A stretch of DNA of 63,957 bases, counting the filler, from Octopus bimaculoides (Eukaryota): NCBI RefSeq assembly GCF_001194135.2. It is 5 parts of 5 records of this genome, joined end to end, with 100 filler letters (N's around TTAATTAATTAA, not from the genome) between each part and the next. Parts side by side here need not be neighbours in the genome. Positions count along the whole stretch, not along the records: positions 30,673 to 55,604 come from NC_068986.1; 4 more parts are not named here. One strand, written 5' to 3'. The first letter of the stretch is position 1. Every line of letters begins with the position of its first letter. Below, piece by piece: positions 36,487 to 51,003 of this stretch. The notes beneath the pieces are model-generated. The model saw only the letters and a list, made by a program, of their open reading frames with translations, was not told the DNA's origin and did not search any database. Both the position numbers and the translations under genes were made by a program.

Positions 36487-36608
36487 GAGAGAGTCGGTGA
36501 GCTGTGTAAAGCCGAGAGTTGCATATTGTCGAGTGTAACTACTAGCATTGTCTATTGCGAGGACGTTATTTATTACGCCGTTATATCGTACGTCGAACGT
36601 GCGATACA

Positions 36609-38400
36609 ATATGTTAGAAGAATTGCCTTAAAATGTAAATGATAGAATGATATTGCTGAGGTTGCCTTTAAAAAAAGTTCGGTATGTAAAACATGTTAGG
36701 GTTTACGCACCAACTATGAATGCAAGTGATAATGAAAAGCTCTCTCCTTTTATGATGTGCCGAAAGAAAATATCCGCAAAATTCTACACGAGGATAAGAT
36801 TATCATATTGGGCGATTTTAATGCTAGAGTTGGTGAAGATCATGAGACATGGGGTGTGATTGGAAGACACGGAGTGGGAAATTGTAACAGTAATGGCTTA
36901 CTTTTGTTACAAATGTGTTCTGAGCTGAATCTTTTTATTATGAGCACTGCTTTTCAGCAAAACGATAAGTTCAAAACTACATGGATGCACCCCGGTTCAA
37001 AACAATGGCACCTGATAGACTACATGATAACTAGAAAGCGAGATAAGAGAGATTTCTGTATAGTGCGGGTCATGCGGGGAGCAGAATGTTGGACAGATCA
37101 TTGCTTGGTTCGTGGGAAGATCAAGTTTGTAGTGAAGCCAAACAGTAGACAATGTGGCACTGGCATTCCTAAACGTCTGAATGTGAATATCCTTACGGAT
37201 AAAACAGAGTAGAATTTCAGCAGAAAATCGAAAATTTGGATTGGACAGATGAGTGGATGGACTTCAGAGGACAACTATACAATTTACGTAAAGAAATTTT
37301 AGGAGTAAAGAAAAAACACCAAGATTGGTTTGATGAAAGTGATGGAAATATTCAACATTTGTTGGAAGAAAAACGAAAGGCATTGCATTCATTACTAGCA
37401 AATGATTCCGACAGAAAATAGAGCTTTTTTTTTCAAAGTGATAAAAGCAGATATGCAAAGAAAGATTCGAAGCATGCAGGATACTTGGTGGCGGAAGAAA
37501 GCAGAAGAGATAAAAGCTGCTTCCAATGTTAAGAACACTAAGTTATTATATACTCTCCTTCGTGAGGCTCATGGGAAGAATAGGAATGATGTTTTATTAA
37601 GGGAGCTCAAAGACATCTTAAAACGATGGGAGAAGCATTTCAATGAACTTCTGAATCGACCATCAGTTGTTGATGAAAAAGTATTGATATGATTCCACAG
37701 AATGCACTTATTGAGTGCTTAGATGACACCCCGTCAGTAGAGGAAACAATAAAAGCAGTATCAAAGCTGAACAGTGGCAAAGCACCAGGAGTTGATAGTC
37801 TGAATGTAGAACTATTTAAGTTTACGGGGTACTAATTGCTATAAATGCTGACAGCAATAACACAGAAGAAATGGAAAACTGAAGTTATGCCAAAAGGCTG
37901 AAAGGATGCAGTCATGGATGAATGCAATAACTTTCGTAGTATTTACCTACTTGCTACAGTCGGTAAAGTTTTATCACGAATAATATTGGACCGGCTGCAT
38001 ATATATGTAGCTAATGAGATTCTTCCTGAATCACAGAGTGGATTCAGAAATGGTAGGGGTATTATTGACATGATCTTCTCTGCACGGCAGTTACAGGAAA
38101 CGTGTGGAACAGCATATAAGACTTTATCAAGTATTCATTGACTTTATTAAGGCTTTTGACTCTGTCAAGTGAACTGCCTTGTGGGAGATCTTGAGCAGAC
38201 TTGGATGCCCGATAAAGTTTCTCACTTTTCTGAAGCAGTTTCATGATGGCATGGAAGTAAGGATCAACATTGGAGGAAAGCTATCGGAGCCTATCTCTGT
38301 CATGAATGGGGTAAAACAAGGTGACATACTTGCACCCACTCTCCTCACCCTCTATTTTAGTATAGTTTTTCAATTGGCTTTCAAAGGCTCCTATAAATGG
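36609..38400 (+). mobile_element. BovB-like RTE LINE, rest of APE and RT N-half (right part, 3' deleted)
   Basis: MLEELP..NDRMILLRLPL..VYAPT, IILGDFNARVG, WHLIDY, GAECWTDH, PESQSGFR, KAFDSV, GVKQGDILAP; frameshifts; ends before YADD. Confidence 0.93.
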
Positions 38401-41400
38401 TTTTGGAAGTTACACCGTTACTGCTCTTTCCAAGTGCATTAACTACGTTTGTTAGGTTGCATTAATCTGGAACGGTAATGGCATGGCTCGCATCTTGTTC
38501 TATGGCACTCTACAGTAGCACTGTACGATTGTTTTGGCAATACACGAAACCAATTTTGATGCAATGTATAGGTATTTTCATTTATCTAAGTATAAAAGTG
38601 CTACTATTGTTTTACATTTTATCACGACTGCCCTTATACTGTGTAGCAGAATAAATCAATAATCCGGTTTAGAACCAACAGTCACAGGAGACTGAATAAA
38701 TGAATTATATTGGCTTATTACTAAAACGCTAGTCTAATTTAAGGAGAGAAAGTATTATTTGAATATAATTTACCCATTTATTTCTAGTATTAATTGATAT
38801 CATAAGAATTTATAAATTTCGAGAGAACGTGAAATAATTCTCTTTTGAACAGTGAATCTCGAAGCACATAAAGCTATTAATAATAGCATGAAACCATCTA
38901 TGGGTTGACTAGATATTTCTAAGGATAGAATGAGTTCCTTAGCTGTGGTGAAAATGATCAATCTAGAAAGAAAGAAAGTTACATAATTAATACCCAGTAC
39001 GGAAGAGTATAGTTGATGAAGCTAGCATGCAGTATGCTGGAGGCAACAATGTCATGGTAGTGTTCTGTCTGTCGCAGGCGGAGATAGTGGGAAATGAATT
39101 GGCTTGAGAAATGCTTTTGGATAGAAAAGGTCGAAAGCTATCCGAGTAGTAATTATATTGTTCACCTTCACTAGGATAAAAGACGAAGCCAACTTAGATG
39201 AAATTTGAACCTAGCATGTAATAATACGTAACTAAATACTGTAAGTAATTTAGTCCCTTTCTACCTCGACGCATTTCTAGAAAAATAATTATAATGCCAC
39301 GAATATAATGTTAAAGAAAGGCAGCGGGTATTATACATCGAATCCTCAAGGGACAACATTGTTCTTGTCAAAAGAAATCAATATTAATCTAACTAAGTCG
39401 GGCAGGGACTATGATATAATGTTTTGAAAATATTTACTATTTTAGAGCAAGAATATGAATGTATTCCATTTAGAAATATATATATATTTTATTTACTTAG
39501 TTTTGTTTTCTCCATTTTCCTTTCCTGCGCGCTATTTTTTTTAATCAGTCAAACTTCCATGCTTTAGGAACTCTCCATCGGATTGCAAGAAACAATCAAA
39601 TAAGGTTACACTGACACGATCGGACTATTAATGAGTTTTGTATCGAAAATAGAAATTCACATTCAGGAGATTAAGAAAAGAAAAATGATATTAATTTACT
39701 AATGTTGTTTCACCTTGGTTTTCTTTTAAATTCCATTATCAATAACTGCGATATTCTTAGATTTTCATGCTTTTACAGTTCTTCCTCTAATCCGTCGTTG
39801 TCGTTACTGCTGCAAGAAATTCCATTGCTATTGTCACTGCTGTCAAAGACTCAATTCTATTTGCCATCTTTGTAGATGTTTTTTATTTTGTTCGTTTCAT
39901 TTGATGCAAGCTGAAAGTTTGTTAAACCAAGAAAAGTTATTTCATAAAATCACAGTAGATTGTACTTTCTAATATATAAATGCTAAATTTCCGTAGTGTT
40001 ACTAACGATCAATCTGTTACATCTTGAGAATAGAGTTATCAGATTATTTTTAATTTGCAATGATTTTTTTCTTCTCTTTCCAATAGTGATAGTATAATCG
40101 ATGAATTTCCCATTTATATACTTTCACAAGCAACAGGCTCTTTTCCGACTTAGTCATACTAATCAAGTTGATCATGAAGTATGTATGTTTAATCCGATTT
40201 CATCGGTTCCGTAGACAGAATTCCGTGATGATAAAGCATTTATAAGAAAATGGAATGAATGATGCTATTCGTGATACTCTCCTCGAGAGAAAAGACTGAA
40301 AGTCAATGCTTCTATCGTATCAACGTATTATTCCCCACCACCCTTGCTAATTGAGACCATTTGTCTTGAATAAAGGAGTCACCAAAACACTAGCCAATGT
40401 TAAACATGAATAGAATAGGAAACTGAAACTTATTAATCAGAGAACATTGAGTGCACAATAGAAAATATAGGAGAGAAAGAAGCTGGGTATCAAATGATGT
40501 ATTACATCCTTGTAGACAAAACTTTGTAGCGTATAATAGTAACAGTGAAATATATATTATTAAAGAAATTTCTTACTGGTACACGAATTCACAAATATAA
40601 GGTGGCACTGAAACTTGTCTCATGAATATTAAGAGTGTGATAGACTTAACGTGAATTGTGAATAAGAAACTGTTGATTCAGGTTTTTGAGTGTTTGCAAA
40701 GAAATGAATAGTAAAAAATGAAATCAAGGTGGGTTTGAACCCAGATCAGTCGTGAACATCTAGAAATCATTATTTCCACGACAGACTGAATATATATTTT
40801 TATATTCATGAAGAAAAAGAGATAAGATTATGTGATATTCATGTTTCTCAGCAACATTAACTGGATATCGAACCTCTCAGAAACTTACCTGGATACAATA
40901 GCATTTATTGTGTTCTTATTACTTCGCATTTATGTTTGACTTACTCGGATTCATTTGACATAGTTATATCATACTGGTTGAACAAAATGAAGGTGAATGT
41001 TTCATTTAAGCAAATTTTTATAACCAGAATATAAATGTGAAATTAGTACTTAGTTATGTCTGAAGTACTGAATGTTCATTTGAATTAAGAACGATTACCA
41101 ATTTACAGAACTCCAGCATTTGCTGGAAAATATAAACTTAATACTTGGTGACTGAACTCTACATTCCGCTTTCAGTTCTAATTGAGGCAATTTAACTTCA
41201 CTTACATCATTAAAGCTAGTCCGAAAACCAGGAATCAAAATGTCCCATTTCATTCGTTTACAAATGTTAGGCCAAGTGAAAAATTAATTAAAACTAGTCT
41301 AGGAGCTTCCGAGAGATACGATTTCCGAATAATGTTTCTAATTTAGAAAAGAATGAGACTGTATCTCTTAATACGAACTAAGGCATTCTTCCGGAAGTTG

Positions 41401-41912
41401 AACAAACCACTTATGTTCAAAGCTATAACTAACTCGTGGGGTATTGGTGATTGTACAGTAGCCTGATCAACTTCCGAAAGTTGACCTTGGATTAAATATA
41501 ATGTTCATGTCAATATAAAATACACTTGTAATTTGGCAAACGCATGCACGTATACACGTACAAACACATACACTATGTAGTTATATAGTAGATTCCGATA
41601 AAGAGAAACGAGGTATGGAGTATTGTAAGTGAATAAAAGAATAAACTGTATTTGAAAATGCACAGTCGTCTCAAGAAACATATTCATATTGTACGTTTTG
41701 AAACGCTGTAAGTTTTGTTGAGCTTATTTCATTTCTATTCTGCTCAAAGGGTCGTTAGTATACATGATTAATACTGTGTTAAAAGTATATCATTACCACA
41801 CAGTTAGGACAAAAGCATAGCGTATATATTAAACAGGCTCCTTAAGAAGCAGTCACATAGTGTCAACGGTAACAATTTACGTCCTGCACGTAAATCTTTG
41901 CGTATTTGCTTA

Positions 41913-42121
<209 letters not shown>

Positions 42122-42129
<8 letters not shown>

Positions 42130-43073
42130 TGAGCTGAAATGTTCATAAGCTAACAATGAAGGAGTGATGCTAGCGTCGTGAAATCTTGCTTGCGTTAATT
42201 TCACATCTTATTAATAACTACATTATTTCTTACCAGGTAAATTGACATCTGACAGTTCATAAATGACTTCAAAAGTAACTGGTGACGACTTCTCTCGCAA
42301 ATGACAAAATTTGGCATCGTGGTTGTTCTCAATTACATGCAGAAAAAGGGTTTAGCCCCCAAAGACATTCATGCTGACATGGTTGCTACATTAGGAGATG
42401 GCGTTTCATCTTTATCAACAGTGAAACAGTGGACAGCTGAGTTTAGTAGGAAAAGGAGTCTTGAAGACGACCGAGGTCTGGACGTCCTGCAACTGACATC
42501 ACTGAGGAAAACATTGATCTTGTTCAGCACAGGCTGATCACAACACGAGAAATTGTTTAAGGCAGATCTAGTTGGCTTCCTTGAGCATTTCCTGAGCCAG
42601 AGACAATCTATGCAGTGGAAATATCTCTCCTCACCTACTCCAAAGAAGTTTAAGATCGTTTCATTTGCAGAAAAGGTAACGGTTTCAGTTATTTGGGATG
42701 CAAAAGCCACATCATCAATGAAGAGTACTATGCCAATATAATGTGACAGTTACGAAAAGCTATCAAGACCAAACGCCCAAGAAAACTGACAAAAGGGGTC
42801 TTGTTTCATCATGATAATGCTCCAGCGCACAAGACCTTACTTTCAATGCATAACTGCCTTTGAACTGGTTGATCACACTCCCCTGTTCCTAATTTGGGTC
42901 CATCTGACTATCATTTGGGAATTAGTATCGCAGTGATGATGACGTCATATTTGCTGTTGATGACTTTTATATGAAAGATTCTTCGTCAATGAGATCCATG
43001 AAAAGTAACCTCATTTACTCACGTCCCATGGGAGTATTTTGGTAAGCTATGAAGCTTGCAGTCAACACTCGTG
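42122..43073 (+). mobile_element. Internally deleted mariner with both TIRs
   Basis: Left cacgagggtgagctgaaatgttcataagct; right end reverse complement cacgagtgttgactgcaagcttcatagctt; KDIHADMVATLGD, KKFK..S.EKV..SVIWD, KTKRP.KL.KGVLFHHDNAPAH. Confidence 0.9.
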
Positions 43074-44136
43074 ACCAGCTGCTTTCACTTTTCGTCTATC
43101 AATTCCATTCACAAGGCTTTAGCCGGTTCAAGGCTATAGTAGAAAACACTAGCCCGAGTTTCCACGCAGTGGAACTGAAACTGGAACCGTGAATTTTTTT
43201 TTCTTCTGTAGTTTCAGCTCAGAGCTGCGGCCATGCTGATGCACCGCCGTAAAAGGTTGGGAAACAAATTTATATATATATATATATGTAATTTTATCTA
43301 TATTTTTATGAAGTTTACGTATATATATATATATATATATATATATNNNNNNNNNNNNNNNNNNNNNNNNNNNNNNNNNNNNNNNNNNNNNNNNNNNNNN
43401 NNNNNNNNNNNNNNNNNNNNNNNNNNNNNNNNNNNNNNNNNNNNNNNNNNNNNNNNNNNNNNNNNNNNNNNNNNNNNNNNNNNNNNNNNNNNNNNNNNNN
43501 NNNNNNNNNNNNNNNNNNNNNNNNNNNNNNNNNNNNNNNNNNNNNNNNNNNNNNNNNNNNNNNNNNNNNNNNNNNNNNNNNNNNNNNNNNNNNNNNNNNN
43601 NNNNNNNNNNNNNNNNNNNNNNNNNNNNNNNNNNNNNNNNNNNNNNNNNNNNNNNNNNNNNNNNNNNNNNNNNNNNNNNNNNNNNNNNNNNNNNNNNNNN
43701 NNNNNNNNNNNNNNNNNNNNNNNNNNNNNNNNNNNNNNNNNNNNNNNNNNNNNNNNNNNNNNNNNNNNNNNNNNNNNNNNNNNNNNNNNNNNNNNNNNNN
43801 NNNNNNNNNNNNNNNNNNNNNNNNNNNNNNNNNNNNNNNNNNNNNNNNNNNNNNNNNNNNNNNNNNNNNNNNNNNNNNNNNNNNNNNNNNNNNNNNNNNN
43901 NNNNNNNNNNNNNNNNNNNNNNNNNNNNNNNNNNNNNNNNNNNNNNNNNNNNNNNNNNNNNNNNNNNNNNNNNNNNNNNNNNNNNNNNNNNNNNNNNNNN
44001 NNNNNNNNNNNNNNNNNNNNNNNNNNNNNNNNNNNNNNNNNNNNNNNNNNNNNNNNNNNNNNNNNNNNNNNNNNNNNNNNNNNNNNNNNNNNNNNNNNNN
44101 NNNNNNNNNNNNNNNAAATATTCAATGGAAGTTTAT

Positions 44137-44388
44137 AGAAGGCAAAGGTAAAGTTATCTTCTCGAGTCGTGCCGTCTCATAGGGCCAGTTTCCCAGTTTC
44201 CTGGCGTATATATTCCCTTACCTGGACGGGTCGCCAGTCCGTCGCAGGATTACTCATTCTTGCCAGCTGACTGGACTGGAGCAACATGAAGTAAAGTGTT
44301 TTGCTCAAGAACACAACGTGTCGCCCGGTCCAGGAATCAAAACCACAATCTTACGATAATGAGTCCAACACCCTAACCACTAAGCCAC
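44137..44388 (-). mobile_element. tRNA-derived SINE with V-domain-like core and (ACCTTT)-like tail
   Basis: Reverse gtggcttagtggttagggtgttggactc...cctgcgacggactggcgacccgtccagg...ctttacctttgcctt; older copy near 54820-55000 plus. Confidence 0.7.
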
Positions 44389-46588
44389 AGCCAATTCGTT
44401 GCTATTTCTTGTTGATTTCGGCATGAACAGAGACAGTTCTAAAAGCAGAAAGGTTTGAACAGTTTTCAGATTAATTTTGCGTACCAAATTATACACAAAC
44501 TTGCTCAGAATCATTCTCAGTATATGGGGAACAAGCAAACAACAGCAAGTGCAACTGTTACTTTTGTATTGACATGCAAACATTCTGCAACAATATCAAC
44601 TACAAAAAGATTTACAACCTGTATCATTTGTAGGTTACTCATTAAATGTTGCTTCCTTCCTTATAAAAATGAGAGCAAATACTTTCCTTTGATAAGAAGG
44701 CGAAGCAATCACTGCTGAGAATATTTTATATTCGGTCGTTTATTTCACCTCAACATCTATGATTATTTGTCTTGATATATTGAATGAATACATTCTCGGA
44801 GCCACGATCGCAAATTATATTATTGCCCTGTCCCAAATTATTTTGTTAGTGATAAGACAATCTATGCCAGTCGCTTTAAAAGAATCTTGACCTAAAAGCA
44901 ATACAATCACGTGACAACAGAACATAATTTAGCCAAGATAAATATTCATTTGAACAATAAATCATGGGTGGACTACATACCTGACAGAAGAACGACTATC
45001 AAAAGATTTTATATCATTCATGTCTCAGACAAAGAAAATAAAAATAACTTGGATAATGTATAAGGTCGTATATGGACATAGTAATGCCTTACCCAATAGA
45101 ATTTTGTGTCGGTTATATCTGATAGCTTTTAACAGAAAATGAGGCTGGGAAACCGCCCAAATTGCGCAGAATGTGATCAAGATACATAACAAACTGTGCG
45201 GGCTGTTGTGGGGGAAAAGTCACTCCTGTGAACTTTAAAAACTGCTAATTGTATGGTAAAATAATAAAATTGAAAAACTATTTGCAAGTAACATAGAACA
45301 AGTACCCCCATGGTAAACGTAATAATTCTGGTCAAAATAACGGAAGCAAGAATATTAAATTTAATACGAATTGATAATTAGCATAATTATAAAACAACTA
45401 AATCATTCAAACTTGTGTAAATAGTATTTCCTAATTTACTAATCTTAATTATAAGCTAATTGGTTTAAACCATTACTAAAATATAAATTGTAATGAATGA
45501 AAGAAAGTAGAAGATTTTGAGAGACTCCTATTGACCTGCATGTATGTCCCTGGATGTGTGAAAAATCTATTCGACAGAAAATAAACTTTTAAAAGACACT
45601 GAGTGAGTTGGGGTATAAATATTTGGACTACTATATTTGAGTGATGATTTGAGATGAATTATTCCTAAACAGGTGTAAAATCTTCAATCAACAATACATT
45701 TTGAAAACTATTACCTAGACAATTAGCATAGATGTCATTAAGTGTCATCGGGACGCAATTTCTGTTTGAAGCAAATAATTTTGGAAATTAATTTGTAAAA
45801 AAAATAATCAAATTAAGAACATTTTATATAACAGTGAAATAAAAAGAAAACCGTACTACAAATGGGGTGATGAGGAAATAATTGGTATTTCTTGAGAAAT
45901 ATCTTGCATTTCAAGAAATGTCAATACATAGAAGTTTACAGAGTAGTGTTACATAATTTTATAAGAATGATCAGTATATCATAATGACCTTTACAGTGTA
46001 TGCCGTCATCGTCAACAGCCTACAGTTATCTACATACTATCTTATAGACATGATTCAAGGCCTTTATGTTGTGTTAATAGCTGTTTATTGAGTCAATGAA
46101 ATATAATGTAATCAATGAAGTATAATATAACATCATAGCACGAATGTTTTACTAACACTACGGGCTGGAAGTCTTGTTCTGGTGTAAGTGGGCAAAATAC
46201 CAATTAAGTTGTATAAATCTACACCCCTGGAAGCTTAATATTACAGGGATATTGAAATTAGAACATCAATCACTTGGAAACATAATTTATACGTTTGCAC
46301 GTCTCCTCTTCTAATTTGAATGCTACACGAAAGCCGTTGAAAAGAAGAATAATTACAGTCAGCCGATCCAGCATCTAGAACTGGCGTTAAGCAATATTTT
46401 ATGTAATTGGTTGTATAATTTAATGCCTGTGAAAAGACAAAATATCAATAAAATGAAGAACTTGCATAACCAAATCGAATTCTTAAGTATTAAATTTAGG
46501 CTCATCATTTGTGATACATTTAGGAAAATGCAAAGATACTTTAAATTCTGAATACCAGAATGAGCATCATGAGTTTTAGAGAGTATTA

Positions 46589-46666
<78 letters not shown>

Positions 46667-47034
46667 NNNNNNNNNNNNNNNNNNNNNNNNNNNNNNNNNN
46701 NNNNNNNNNNNNNNNNNNNNNNNNNNNNNNNNNNNNNNNNNNNNNNNNNNNNNNNNNNNNNNNNNNNNNNNNNNNNNNNNNNNNNNNNNNNNNNNNNNNN
46801 NNNNNNNNNNNNNNNNNNNNNNNNNNNNNNNNNNNNNNNNNNNNNNNNNNNNNNNNNNNNNNNNNNNNNNNNNTTTAATGTCATGTTACACATGTTTCAC
46901 AATAGAATAGGATATGCACTATGAATATAAATCTTCTTCTTTTTCTTCTTTCTTCTTCTTCTTCTTCTTCTTCTTCTTCTTCTTCTTCTTCTTCTTCGTA
47001 GTATTAGTAGTAGTAGTAGTAGTGGTAGTAATAT

Positions 47035-47310
47035 TCCGCAGAGATTGACTTTGCCTTTCATCCTTTCGGGGTTGATAAATTAAGAACCCGTGAAACACTG
47101 GGGTCGATGTAATCACCTAGTCTCCGCCTCCCAAATTCCAGGCCTTGTGCATAAAGCAGAATTTCCTCCGTCTTTACGTTCTGAGTTCAAATTCTGTTGA
47201 GGTCGACTTTGCGTTTTATCCTTTCGAAGTCGATCAAATAAGTAGCAACTGAGCACTGAGGTCAATGTTATCGACTTACGACCTTCCCCGAAATTACTTG
47301 CCTTGTGCCT
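47035..47310 (+). mobile_element. Two tandem 5'-truncated Meta/Nin-like SINEs
   Basis: gactttgcctttcatcctttcggggttgataaattaag and gactttgcgttttatcctttcgaagtcgatc, each ending ccttgtgc. Confidence 0.8.
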
Positions 47311-50300
47311 TAAAACCAGTATTATATACTCAAATATTATGTTTCACTAGAACTTTCGACTAGTATATATGACTTTCATTTAAAATAACTAAAATATAAA
47401 ATTTGATTACTGGAATTTGCAAGCGTGCTTCACGAGAATACATTTTGGATTATAAATCCGTCTATACATACATGCATGCATGCATACATACATACATACA
47501 TACATACATACAATGAAAATGGTAAAAACAGATATTCGTTAGTATTTATACACAAAATAATTTCCAGGAAGTTTTGAACAATTACAGCAATAAAAATAGC
47601 ATTATTTTCAGTTCCAGAACTACTTCGATTCGGAAACTTACTTTTAGTTTAGACTGTAACTGCATAACAAGTGACCTTTATGACTGAAGTATTCTCAATA
47701 ACCACCGAGAATATTGTCTAGCTATGAGAATTTTTAGATATCCAGAACTTATGGATCCAACTAAGCTTTCATTGAATTTGAATCAAGTTCCAGATTGCCA
47801 ATAATTGCATATAATAGGCTTATTCAATGATAAATCTTGGTATTGAATACAGGAAATATGAGAATTTAATTATCTTTTGCTTAATTTGCTTGATGATACT
47901 ATAAACGATCTTAGCTGAAATATATTAATATTTATACATATACTATCCATTCATAACGCACATACCCTGAAATACACTTTTTCAATCATAGCAGCTGTCG
48001 GTCTATTATTTCATAACGAGGAGTAATGCAATATTATGCAGCAGAATAATTTGTTTCTTCATTCTATGAGACAGAGCTCACTTTATTATACCCATAAGGC
48101 TACAAATATTCCCATTATAACATACAGAATATTAACAACCATGAATGATTAGAAAACAAAGATAATTTGAATATAGCAATTTGTTATCGAATAAAGTTGT
48201 ATTTTTGCAAAACATGTTTCCTTCATCAGTTTTATTCTTTTATAGCATTCAATCATTTCCTTCTTTTCGGTTGATATATTTTACGTTCAGTGACTGTGAA
48301 AAAAAATTGCGAAATTATTGAGCTCAATCGCTTGATGACAATACAAAAAGGAAAATAAAATGTAAAAAGTAATAAACATTGACTTTTGTAGTTATAATTA
48401 AACACCTATCTATTGAACGTTCAGATTATTTTAAGAGAACATGATAATGCTTACGAATTTATTCATTTAATGCTAGAAGTTAGATTTGACGAAACCAGTT
48501 ACCACTTAAGATTTAAATAACTGGCGTTATTTAAATCTAAATTAATCGCTTATTCAATTAATAATGGATTCAGATCACTTAATCAGTCATTTATTTTATC
48601 ATCACCACATTCATTACAGTCTTAAATCGTCTCTTTTATCACTATAGTATTTAAATTGATTTCATTTTTTAATTTCTTTTAAAATTTTAGGTCTCTTCTT
48701 TCCTGAAATCCAAATACATTAAACTTATATTAGGGATCCAAGTTAATTTATAATTACTATTGGTTTGAAGAAACACAACTGACAATTTTCATCTGAACTA
48801 AAATAATAGGCTGGTGGTGTAGTAGTTACTGAAACAAATAGCATCAAAGAAGCATTAGAAATTGCAGAAAAGAGATTAATAAAATTAAATAGTTACACAG
48901 ATAGTAACAACGCTGTCGTTCATATAAATTATAACTCATTATTCCAGCTCTTTAAGCCAAATTCTTTGGTTTTGCTATAAAGCCAGTGTTGTACAGAAGA
49001 AAAGACATGGTTTAGTTTCCGGTCAGCACTGATTAAGAGAAACTATGATCAAAATCGTTCACTCCTTAAACATCTTAAGCTCTTTCTCTTTTTTCTTTTC
49101 TTTTTCCAGTTAGTGTGTTTCAGTGTTCAGTGATCACATGAGTGCCTGCCCTCTTTTAATACGGTAGACAATAATTTAAGGTAAATTTGACTACTATTTC
49201 TAGCAGTTCGAACAGGCTTCTTAAAGGCTTATGAACATGTTCTGAAAAGAATTATCCACATAATCTTCTAGAACCGTGATTCTCAACGTGGGTAGCATGC
49301 CCCACCGGTGGGATACGGTAATATTTTGATGGGGCATATTAATATTTTGATGAGGCAAGCGAAGGTTTATGTTGAAGATCTGATGTCACCTAAGAGGGAA
49401 TAGATTATTTCCTTTGATTTAGTGATATGTGAAAACATGTAGGTAATTACAAACGCGGATGTGCGTGTGTGGTATGTGTGTGTATGTGTGTGTGTATATG
49501 TGTGTGCGCGCGCGTGCGTGCGTGTATGTAGTATAGAACTGGTCAGTACTGAAAGCAATACCGTCTTAATTTCCTATGGAGAAATAAACTGGAGACAGAC
49601 CTATGTGTGCGGGTGTGTCTAAGAGTATTGACTCTTTTATCTATGGCGACAAAAAATCTAGGAACACAATAAGAATGTGGTGCTGCAGAGTGTTGATAGG
49701 ACAATAAATGGCGTTGGGGGTGAGTGGTGAAAGAATTGAACGGTGTGAAATGGGTTGAAATGGAGTGGAAGTCAGTGAAGGAAGAGAAAGAGGCAGAAAG
49801 AAGGAGAGAGAAAGAGAGAGGAGAGAAAGGGAGACAGACAGATAGATAGATAGAGAAAGAGAGAGAGAGAAAGAGATTTATGGTACTGGTAACGTACACA
49901 TACACACGCACACGTATATGTATATGTACAGAGATGAAAATTAACAGGTCATTTTATTCCCACCAGTCAGTTTGTGAATTCAGCAAAAAGGTAAGAAAAA
50001 ACTTCCATCATTGATACAAAGGCTTTTGCAGCTGGGATCTTTTTTAAAACGGGGGCCACATTTTTCATTAATGTTTTATGTAGTGTTTTTGGTACCGAAA
50101 GACTTTCAAACTTCGTATACTTATCTATTTTGTGTTATAGAACAGAAAAATACTTTTGTATTCGAATTTATTTCATTGTTTACATTTACTCCTTTGGCTC
50201 ATTAAGCGATGTAAAGCGTATTTAATCTCCATACCTTCGTTTTATTTGCTTTTTTCATTTTAAATTTNNNNNNNNNNNNNNNNNNNNNNNNNNNNNNNNN

Positions 50301-51003
50301 NNNNNNNNNNNNNNNNNNNNNNNNNNNNNNNNNNNNNNNNNNNNNNNNNNNNNNNNNNNNNNNNNNNNNNNNNNNNNNNNNNNNNNNNNNNNNNNNNNNN
50401 NNNNNNNNNNNNNNNNNNNNNNNNNNNNNNNNNNNNNNNNNNNNNNNNNNNNNNNNNNNNNNNNNNNNNNNNNNNNNNNNNNNNNNNNNNNNNNNNNNNN
50501 NNNNNNNNNNNNNNNNNNNNNNNNNNNNNNNNNNNNNNNNNNNNNNNNNNNNNNNNNNNNNNNNNNNNNNNNNNNNNNNNNNNNNNNNNNNNNNNNNNNN
50601 NNNNNNNNNNNNNNNNNNNNNNNNNNNNNNNNNNNNNNNNNNNNNNNNNNNNNNNNNNNNNNNNNNNNNNNNNNNNNNNNNNNNNNNNNNNNNNNNNNNN
50701 NNNNNNNNNNNNNNNNNNNNNNNNNNNNNNNNNNNNNNNNNNNNNNNNNNNNNNNNNNNNNNNNNNNNNNNNNNNNNNNNNNNNNNNNNNNNNNNNNNNN
50801 NNNNNNNNNNNNNNNNNNNNNNNNNNNNNNNNNNNNNNNNNNNNNNNNNNNNNNNNNNNNNNNNNNNNNNNNNNNNNNNNNNNNNNNNNNNNNNNNNNNN
50901 NNNNNNNNNNNNNNNNNNNNNNNNNNNNNNNNNNNNNNNNNNNNNNNNNNNNNNNNNNNNNNNNNNNNNNNNNNNNNNNNNNNNNNNNNNNNNNNNNNNN
51001 NNN

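Larger units (their letters stand above)
31997..36608. mobile_element. About 208-bp solo-LTR-like element (31997-32092 + 36497-36608), interrupted
   Basis: Begins TGTTG, ends GATACA, flanked by the 5-bp direct repeat ATATG (31992-31996, 36609-36613); removal rejoins the RTE as ...LVD-MLEELP. Confidence 0.7.

Noticed and set aside
38450-41800. Long repeat-poor AT-rich stretch examined for genes (also 44700-49300)
   Set aside because: No credible ORFs, exon chains or RNA genes recognisable by eye; conserved non-coding elements cannot be excluded without alignments.
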